From a virus: DNA of 15,385 nucleotides. A program made the position numbers and the translations under genes. Below, one piece after another: positions 6,670 to 12,047 of this stretch. The notes beneath the pieces are model-generated. The model ran no database searches, was not told where the DNA came from, and saw only the letters and a list, made by a program, of their open reading frames with translations. Location: the IMG/VR virus record IMGVR_UViG_3300035152_000011. One strand, written 5' to 3'. Each line of letters begins with the position of its first letter. Positions within the stretch are counted from its first letter, which is position 1.

Positions 6670-7602
6670 TCACCGCGGGCCCTCCATGAGTGCTACGTCG
6701 ATCTTGTGCAGCGTCTCGAATTCGCGCAGGCCGGTCTGGTAGCGCTCGGGGATACCTTCCAGCCCGAACCGGGCGCCGAGGATCGCGCCTGTGATCGCGC
6801 CGCGAGTATCGGTGTCCCCACCGCCCCGGATGGCCGCCACGACGCCTTGCTCGAAGTCAGCTGCCCAGGCTGCACAGAAGAGCGCCGTGGCCACGGTCTG
6901 GCTGACGTTCCCGAAGCGGCCGATCTTGCGGATGACCTCGGGCGGCGGCGTAAGACCTTGCATCAGGTAGTAGACCTGCTCGACCAGCTCGAAGACGCGC
7001 GTGCCCACGTAGGTCTCGCCGTACTGGGGCGCCAGGGCTTCCAGAACGGCCTCCAGCAGCCCGTAGCCGCGGACGCCTTCCAGGCTCCGCTTGACCGCCC
7101 AGGCCACTGCGAGTGAGCCTGCGGCCGCCTCGGGGCCCTGGTGCGTGATCGCTGCGTCCTCGACCGACCGTACGACGAGCAGGTCTGGGCTATCGCGGTA
7201 CCAAACGCCCAGAGGCGCGACCCGCATCGCGGTTCCATTGCCGACCGTGAGCGGGTCCTCGAACACGACCCCGGACTGGTTTGGCGGAGTACCAGCGGCC
7301 AGCGCAGCCATCGCTTTCCTGGTCGTCCCGCCCATACCGTGCGGGGTGTCCTGTGCCCAGGCCAGGTAGCGCTGAGCTGCGTCCTCGACCACGTAGCCCT
7401 CATGAGCGATCAGCGACTCAGCCAGAGCCATCGCCATCTCGGTGTCGTCGGTCCAGTGTCCGGCCGGCAGCTTGTGGTGCGTACCCGGCCGGTAGTTACC
7501 TGCCCACGTCGGTAGGTCTTTGTGAACCGCGTCGCCGCGTCGCTCGAAGGGCATTCCGAGCGCGTCCCCGACCGCGAGGCCGACCATGACTGCCGAGGTC
7601 AT
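6670..7602 (-). CDS. ADP-ribosylglycohydrolase (ARH/DraG family), 310 aa
   Basis: Track ORF 6670..7686 trimmed to ATG 7602 (MTSAVMVGLAVGDALGMPFE...) with AAAGGAG 6 nt upstream and an ATGA overlap with the upstream gene. N-terminal GxxxGDALGxPxE motif plus C-terminal GGDTDTRGAITGAILGARFG motif are the two hallmark metal-site segments of the ADP-ribosylglycohydrolase fold (PF03747). Confidence 0.9.
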   Translation of the reverse strand: MTSAVMVGLAVGDALGMPFERRGDAVHKDLPTWAGNYRPGTHHKLPAGHWTDDTEMAMALAESLIAHEGYVVEDAAQRYLAWAQDTPHGMGGTTRKAMAALAAGTPPNQSGVVFEDPLTVGNGTAMRVAPLGVWYRDSPDLLVVRSVEDAAITHQGPEAAAGSLAVAWAVKRSLEGVRGYGLLEAVLEALAPQYGETYVGTRVFELVEQVYYLMQGLTPPPEVIRKIGRFGNVSQTVATALFCAAWAADFEQGVVAAIRGGGDTDTRGAITGAILGARFGLEGIPERYQTGLREFETLHKIDVALMEGPR

Positions 7603-7790
7603 TCCGGCTCCTTTCCGCTGCCCCGACAGCGAACGCAGACGTGCATCATTCCATCGCCGTGGAGACGTTCTCCGCGGCCGTCGCACCAGATGCAGTCGCG
7701 CCGCTCCAAGGCCTTGACCCTGCGCTGGAGATCAGCGACCTGTGCTTCCAGGTCGGTGAAGCGCTTGGAATCGAGCAGTCCGTTAGCCAT
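7599..7790 (-). CDS. small zinc-ribbon protein, 63 aa
   Basis: ATG 7790 (second Met of the track ORF; GAGGGTGA upstream). CIWCDG...CVRCRGSG gives two CxxC pairs. N-terminal coiled-coil-like DLEAQVADLQRRVKALERR. Confidence 0.65.
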   Translation of the reverse strand: MANGLLDSKRFTDLEAQVADLQRRVKALERRDCIWCDGRGERLHGDGMMHVCVRCRGSGKEPE

Positions 7791-7995
7791 CACTCACCCT
7801 CGCGTCCTGCTTGGTAGCCTTCAGTCGGCTGCCGTCCAGGTTCCAACAGTAGCCGTGACGGTCGCGGTGTGGTCCCTCATGACCTGGTGACCGAACGCAC
7901 GGGAAGTCGGCCAGGACCGGGAAGTGTCCCGAGTACTTGCCGCATGATTCCGGCTCGGGCCGAAGGTTCGGATACCTTTCATAGAGCGGGTCCAT
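7783..7995 (-). CDS. small Cys/His-containing protein, 70 aa
   Basis: Track ORF 7783..8349 is mostly S/R/T-rich out-of-frame overlap with the HAD gene. Trimmed to ATG 7995 (MDPLYERYPNLRPEPESCGKYSGHFPVLADFPCVRSPGHEGPHRDRHGYCWNLDG...) with AAAGGA upstream. GC3 about 71%. Overlaps the HAD stop by 17 nt. Confidence 0.5.
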   Translation of the reverse strand: MDPLYERYPNLRPEPESCGKYSGHFPVLADFPCVRSPGHEGPHRDRHGYCWNLDGSRLKATKQDARVSDG

Positions 7996-8605
7996 CTGGT
8001 CCTTTCTGTGCCGACGCGCGAGCCTTGAACATGCGCTCACGAACCTGGCCGAGGTTGTGGCCGTCGTAGATGACGAGGTTCGGATGCGTGATGTCACTGT
8101 TCCACCGCTGCTTGATCGCGACGACCAGCCCGCGCGGCCGGACTTCGAGCCAGGGGAGAAAGTAGGGCGGCCAGTCATCGACCAACACCTTGCCGTAGAC
8201 CAACGACTTCTTCTGGCCGATGGTGACGTGTAGATCGGGGACGTGCTCCTGGCACCACTCGACCTTCTCCATCCAAGCGCGAGGATTCCACGGCCCCTTG
8301 GTAAGCGCGTGGTTCTCGAAGCCCAGACCGCGGGCAACCTCCAGGACATGGAACCCGTGTTCGAGCCGTTGCAAGTTACGCCAGAACCCGACCTGGTTCT
8401 TGATCAACGTGCGCCGCTCGGCAAGGTAGCGGGCCTTGCCGTACCACCAGGGCTCGGCGCCTAAAGGCGTTGTACGGGTCGCGATCTCAGCAGGCGATAC
8501 CAGCCGCTCCATCCCCTCGGCCATCGCAGTATCGTAATCAGCGAGCGTGCCGTCGAGATCGAATAGACAGACCGCATCATGCGGTGTCGGATCGGGCTTC
8601 GCCAT
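7979..8605 (-). CDS. HAD-superfamily phosphatase, NT5C-like 5'(3')-deoxyribonucleotidase family, 208 aa
   Basis: ATG 8605 with AAGGAGG at 7-nt spacing. Motif I FDLDGTLADY (DxDGT) and a motif-IV-like LVDDWP. Size and motif spacing resemble the small capless NT5C nucleotidases. Confidence 0.8.
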   Translation of the reverse strand: MAKPDPTPHDAVCLFDLDGTLADYDTAMAEGMERLVSPAEIATRTTPLGAEPWWYGKARYLAERRTLIKNQVGFWRNLQRLEHGFHVLEVARGLGFENHALTKGPWNPRAWMEKVEWCQEHVPDLHVTIGQKKSLVYGKVLVDDWPPYFLPWLEVRPRGLVVAIKQRWNSDITHPNLVIYDGHNLGQVRERMFKARASAQKGPDGPAL

Positions 8606-9033
8606 CAGTTGTCCTCCTTGTCCTCGGCTATCACGGTCAACGCTGCATCACTCAACGTCCGGCCGAACTGCGCATACAGCTCTCGGACATTGTCCTGGCA
8701 GTGCGCGAAGTCGCCGTGGGGATCGTCGCCGAAGTGCTCGGCCCACGTCTTGACCATCGACCAGTCGCCCTCGATCACTTCCATAACTGCGCTCTCAGCG
8801 AGCGCCGTCGCGAAGTTGGTCGCGCGCTTGATGGCGTCGAGCTGGTGCATCAGCTCAACAACGAAGTGGAGTCGCCGACGGCGCTCGTCGAGCGTCTGCT
8901 GCCCGAACGAGCGCCGAAAGCGCTCCGCGAAGCCGAGGACGAGAAACTCCTGGACCGTCAGCCCGCTGCCGAAGAAGTTGCGTGTTCCCTTAGCGAACCA
9001 CTCGTGGAATTTCTCTTCTCTGTCTTTGCTCAT
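8605..9033 (-). CDS. hypothetical protein, 142 aa
   Basis: ATG 9033 with GAGGAA 5 nt upstream. TGATG overlap with HAD start. Real-looking (MSKDREEKFHEWFAKGTRNFFGSG...). Confidence 0.7.
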   Translation of the reverse strand: MSKDREEKFHEWFAKGTRNFFGSGLTVQEFLVLGFAERFRRSFGQQTLDERRRRLHFVVELMHQLDAIKRATNFATALAESAVMEVIEGDWSMVKTWAEHFGDDPHGDFAHCQDNVRELYAQFGRTLSDAALTVIAEDKEDN

Positions 9034-9035
9034 CT

Positions 9036-9065
9036 GGTTCCTCTTGCTCCGGTGTCCCGGGAACC
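9036..9065 (-). promoter_or_regulatory. small hairpin (GGTTCC-n18-GGAACC, with internal TCCCGGGA palindrome) whose 3' arm overlaps the SD of the 8605..9033 gene
   Basis: Seen directly in the 38-nt spacer between the trx stop and the next start. Could modulate translation or act as a processing site. Weak. Confidence 0.25.
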
Positions 9066-9071
9066 GCCTGC

Positions 9072-9404
9072 TTACGCTTCGGGGAGAAACTTCTTCAGCT
9101 CCTCTTCGATCTCTTTCTTCGGCAACGCGCCGACGAGCTGTGCGACGACTTCCTCACCCTGGAAGATGAGCAGCGTCGGTACGGCCTGGATGCCGTAGCG
9201 GTCGGTGACCTTCGAGGCTTCGTCCACGTTGACCTTGCCGACGCTGAGCTTCCCGTCGTATTGCTTCGCGAGCTGGGCGACGATGGGCCCGATGACTTTG
9301 CAGGGCCCACACCACTCCGCCGTGAAGTCCACGAGCGTGACCTTCGATGCGGTCAAGAAGGCGTCGAAGGTGTCGTCGGTCAGGTCGGTTACTTGCTTGC
9401 TCAT
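9072..9404 (-). CDS. trxA: thioredoxin, 110 aa
   Basis: Track ORF trimmed to ATG 9404 (MSKQVTDLTDDTFDAFL...) with GAGGAA upstream. Active-site WCGPC in the DFTAEWCGPCK context. Full thioredoxin-fold length. First gene downstream of the AT-rich control region. Confidence 0.9.
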   Translation of the reverse strand: MSKQVTDLTDDTFDAFLTASKVTLVDFTAEWCGPCKVIGPIVAQLAKQYDGKLSVGKVNVDEASKVTDRYGIQAVPTLLIFQGEEVVAQLVGALPKKEIEEELKKFLPEA

Positions 9405-9446
9405 GATTTCCTCACGAAAAAAAGTTGGTGGCCGCGCGGTCACGCT

Positions 9447-9490
9447 CTAGCTGCGGGAATTCGGCCGTTCTGTTTTCGAGATGCAGCTAG
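9447..9490. repeat. inverted repeat CTAGCTGC (9447-9454) / GCAGCTAG (9483-9490), 28-nt spacer containing GAATTC and a T-run
   Basis: Seen directly; 8-bp perfect arms. Confidence 0.45.
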
Positions 9491-9501
9491 TGCGATGCGA
9501 T
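9491..9501. repeat. direct repeat copy 1, TGCGATGCGAT (tandem GCGAT)
   Basis: Identical 11-mer recurs at 9570..9580, 79 bp away. Both copies are flanked by CTAG-containing sequence. Confidence 0.5.
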
Positions 9502-9506
9502 TGGCA

Positions 9507-9518
9507 CTTGTATACAAG
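9507..9518. promoter_or_regulatory. perfect 12-bp palindrome CTTGTATACAAG; operator candidate
   Basis: Its reverse complement equals itself. Lies in the divergent control region. Also contains TATACA, a possible -10 for the leftward trx unit. Confidence 0.4.
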
Positions 9519-9569
9519 CACCAAGAACTTTTTTCAGCGACACAGATCGACTTCTCCTTCGAGAATCCC

Positions 9570-9580
9570 TGCGATGCGAT
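9570..9580. repeat. direct repeat copy 2, TGCGATGCGAT
   Basis: See copy 1. Confidence 0.5.
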
Positions 9581-9621
9581 CACTAGATCGGACGTGAGCG
9601 ACGAGTTGCGAAGATCACGTT

Positions 9622-9630
9622 TGGTAGAAT
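9622..9630 (+). promoter_or_regulatory. extended -10 element TGgTAGAAT for the rightward gene
   Basis: TGnTANNNT-type extended -10 sits 52 nt upstream of the 9683 ATG. Only a weak -35 (TTGCGA at 13-nt spacing). Extended -10 promoters are common in actinobacteria. Confidence 0.4.
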
Positions 9631-9682
9631 AGGACATGAAGTCGAACAGTGACGGCCCCGAGGGGCGCAACGGAGATCGAGG

Positions 9683-9982
9683 ATGGCAAAGCGCAAACTG
9701 AATGGTGTCCCCGTGAAGCGCGGGCAGACGTACCGCGTGCGGCGGTCGGGGAAGGCTCCGATCTACGTTCGCGTCGCCCGCGTCACGAACGGGCAGCAGC
9801 CCAAAGCGTTCCTGTATCGAGTGACCCGCAGCGGCCGGCGCGTCGGTCCGCGGCGCATTGTTGCCAGCACCAAGCTGGAGAACAACGAGCTGAAGAAGAC
9901 CTACGCGGTCAACACCATCGCGCACTGGCTCACCTGGCGCGACGACGCCTGGCGCATGCCTGAGAGCTGGGAGCTGGTATAG
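9683..9982 (+). CDS. highly basic 99-aa protein with internal duplication; function unknown (nucleic-acid binding suspected)
   Basis: ATG 9683 preceded by GGAGATCGAGG. GC3 about 86%. Sequence: MAKRKLNGVPVKRGQTYRVRRSGKAPIYVRVARVTNGQQPKAFLYRVTRSGRRVGPRRIVAS... Two YRVxRSGxx(V/I) repeat units. Only plus-strand gene in the window. Confidence 0.75.
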   Translation: MAKRKLNGVPVKRGQTYRVRRSGKAPIYVRVARVTNGQQPKAFLYRVTRSGRRVGPRRIVASTKLENNELKKTYAVNTIAHWLTWRDDAWRMPESWELV

Positions 9983-9984
9983 CG

Positions 9985-10446
9985 TCACGGCTTCCTCCAG
10001 GTAGGCGGAGGCGGCAGCTCGGCCTGGATGCGATCCAGAAACGCAAACAGCTCGGCGTTCGGCACGTCCACCACAGACAGGTCGGCCCCTGCGACCTCTC
10101 CGGTATCGACGTAGCGCCACCAACCTCGTTTCCCATCCGGGTAGTGCGGGTTAGCGGCTTCAGCGTCGTACTTTACCAGTCGGTCGGTGTTCTTGTCGGA
10201 CGTGCCGAGGCTCTCGACGACCTCGATGTCGTCGGGGACGTCGATCTCCATATCGACTGCCCCTGCCACTGTGCCGAATGGTGGACCTTGCTCCCAGTGA
10301 TACTCCGTGAATAGGAAGCGCTGGCTGAACTTCACGCGGATTCCGATAAAGCCATCCTTGCCGTCGAAGACACCGACACGCAGGTTGCGACACCGCAGTC
10401 GGTAGACGCGACCCTTGACGCATTCCTTGAGTGGTGTCAGTTCCAT
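9985..10446 (-). CDS. hypothetical protein, 153 aa
   Basis: Track ORF 9985..10725 trimmed to ATG 10446 (MELTPLKECVKGRVYRLRCRNLRVGVFDG...LPPPPTWRKP), which overlaps (TGATG) the upstream stop. The upstream 93 codons of the track ORF look out-of-frame. Confidence 0.65.
   Translation of the reverse strand: MELTPLKECVKGRVYRLRCRNLRVGVFDGKDGFIGIRVKFSQRFLFTEYHWEQGPPFGTVAGAVDMEIDVPDDIEVVESLGTSDKNTDRLVKYDAEAANPHYPDGKRGWWRYVDTGEVAGADLSVVDVPNAELFAFLDRIQAELPPPPTWRKP
9990..10015. terminator. candidate bidirectional hairpin (GCTTCCTCC-n8-GGAGGCGGC) just past the convergent gene ends
   Basis: 9-bp stem with one mismatch and one G.U pair. No U-tract. Lies inside the C-terminal codons of the minus-strand gene. 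Weak. Confidence 0.25.
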
Positions 10447-10643
10447 CACTGCTGCTTCTTCCAGTACGGGTCTAACGGGTTCAGCGACGCACGAGCAAAG
10501 TCGTCCTGCTCCGCTTTCAGCTTCTTGTACCGCTCGGGGTCCTTGTTCAGCGCTTCCCAGCAGAGCTTCATTTCCTCTTCGGTCAGGTCCCCCCTGGCCT
10601 TGCCCCGGTACATCAGCCGCGCGATGTGATCCCAGTTGATCAT
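10446..10643 (-). CDS. hypothetical small protein, 65 aa
   Basis: ATG 10643 in an ATGA overlap with the upstream stop. Real-looking charged sequence (MINWDHIARLMYRGKARGDLTEEEMKLCWEALNKDPERYKKLKAEQ...). Confidence 0.65.
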   Translation of the reverse strand: MINWDHIARLMYRGKARGDLTEEEMKLCWEALNKDPERYKKLKAEQDDFARASLNPLDPYWKKQQ

Positions 10644-11371
10644 CGGTCTTCCAGTTCGGCTTTGGCTTGTGCGAGCAGTTTATCGACGTCGAGGCGGGCC
10701 TTCTCCTCGGCCCATGACTTCGCACGGTCCTTGATGTAATCGCGAGCAGCGCGGTCGTAGGCGTCTCGAATCTCCTGCCGGGCCTTGACCGCTATCCGCT
10801 CTGTGAGATCCGAGAAGTCAACCGCGGCTAGCGCTCTCTCTACCGCGGGTGCGGCAGCCTTCTCGACGCGGGCACGGATCGCGGTCATGACGGTAGTAGT
10901 CCGATTGTGACTGTCAAACCGAACGCGGCTGAAGCCGTCGTCTTGCACTCCGATCACGAGATCAATGACGGCCGAGATGCGATTCTTCACCCAGCTAGTT
11001 ACCGCCGCATCAATAGCGCCGTTGCTCAGCAGCTTCGAGGCGACCAGCACTGTTCGGTCGTTGAGCAGCTGCACGAGCTGGCCCGCGTTCACGGGCGGGA
11101 CCAGCTTGGGAAGCTCCGGCTCTAGCTTATGCCCGTGTGGATTGCGCTTCGGTACCAGCGGCTCGAAGTGTCCATAGGCAAGCGTCTCGATGGACTTCGG
11201 GTCCTTGGTCATGACCGCAGCCGCGACCGCATCGCGGAAGTCGGGGTCACCGTCGATGCGCGCGATCACGCGCAGCGCGACATCCGCGTGCTTGATACCC
11301 GCTTCGAGCACAGCGCGTTTCAGGTCTTCGTGTACGATGTCCATTTTCCAAGTCCCGTGGATGTGTGCCAT
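10640..11371 (-). CDS. hypothetical protein, 243 aa, coiled-coil-like C-terminus
   Basis: ATG 11371 directly after the upstream TAG (TAGATG). Alternative internal ATG at 11344. High GC3. Confidence 0.7.
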   Translation of the reverse strand: MAHIHGTWKMDIVHEDLKRAVLEAGIKHADVALRVIARIDGDPDFRDAVAAAVMTKDPKSIETLAYGHFEPLVPKRNPHGHKLEPELPKLVPPVNAGQLVQLLNDRTVLVASKLLSNGAIDAAVTSWVKNRISAVIDLVIGVQDDGFSRVRFDSHNRTTTVMTAIRARVEKAAAPAVERALAAVDFSDLTERIAVKARQEIRDAYDRAARDYIKDRAKSWAEEKARLDVDKLLAQAKAELEDR

Positions 11372-12040
11372 CTATTCGTCGTCTTCTGCCCCGCGGCCTT
11401 CGAGCATTGCGCGGGCCTCGGGGCGGTTCTTCAGTACGTGCAGTCCGGTCTTGTTGATCGCGTTCTGGATGAATGCCTCGACCTCGGCCTTCGCTGCGGC
11501 GACTACCTTATCGGTCGCACGCTGAAACTGCGTGACTGCGAATGGCATGTCTGCTGTGATGGCCTGATGAAGGAGCTGGACCGCCTTCTCGACTTCCTCG
11601 CGCGTCTTCTTCGAGCTGCGCTTGAGCGCCTTCACGACAACATCGGTCAGCTCTTGATAGCGGTCGCTGATCTCCTGGGTGTACTCCTCGAATCCGTTGT
11701 GGACGCGCTCGACCTCCGTCTCGTCATCGGGCGGGTCGTCGATGTTTCCCTGGCCACGCACGAACCGAATCGTGCACGGTACGCCGCCGCCGTAGTTCAG
11801 CGACGTGAGCATCTCAGCGAATTGGACCGCCGACATCTCGACCTCGATGAACTGCCCAGTCGGGTGGTACCACTCCTTGCTCAGATCGAAGTGGACCTCG
11901 CCCTCGCTGATCGTCAGCCGAACGGTCGCATGGTGGTCTTTGATCGAGCTGCCGAACAGCCGGCCACTACGCCCGCTACAGCGCGCGCACGAAATCATCC
12001 CGTAGGACGGATGTGTGCGGCTGTCGCCTCGCTTCTTCAT
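11372..12040 (-). CDS. hypothetical protein, 222 aa
   Basis: Track ORF 11372..12469 trimmed to ATG 12040 (MKKRGDSRTHPSYGMISCARCSG...) with AGGAGA upstream, 7 nt after the PRP gene stop. The upstream 143 codons of the track ORF are S/T/R-rich out-of-frame overlap with the PRP gene. Confidence 0.7.
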   Translation of the reverse strand: MKKRGDSRTHPSYGMISCARCSGRSGRLFGSSIKDHHATVRLTISEGEVHFDLSKEWYHPTGQFIEVEMSAVQFAEMLTSLNYGGGVPCTIRFVRGQGNIDDPPDDETEVERVHNGFEEYTQEISDRYQELTDVVVKALKRSSKKTREEVEKAVQLLHQAITADMPFAVTQFQRATDKVVAAAKAEVEAFIQNAINKTGLHVLKNRPEARAMLEGRGAEDDE

Positions 12041-12047
12041 GACTCTC

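Larger units (their letters stand above)
9405..9682. promoter_or_regulatory. 278-nt AT-richer divergent control region between trx (leftward) and the only rightward gene
   Basis: Largest non-coding stretch in the window and locally lower GC. Contains the palindrome, inverted and direct repeats and the extended -10 listed separately. Confidence 0.6.
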
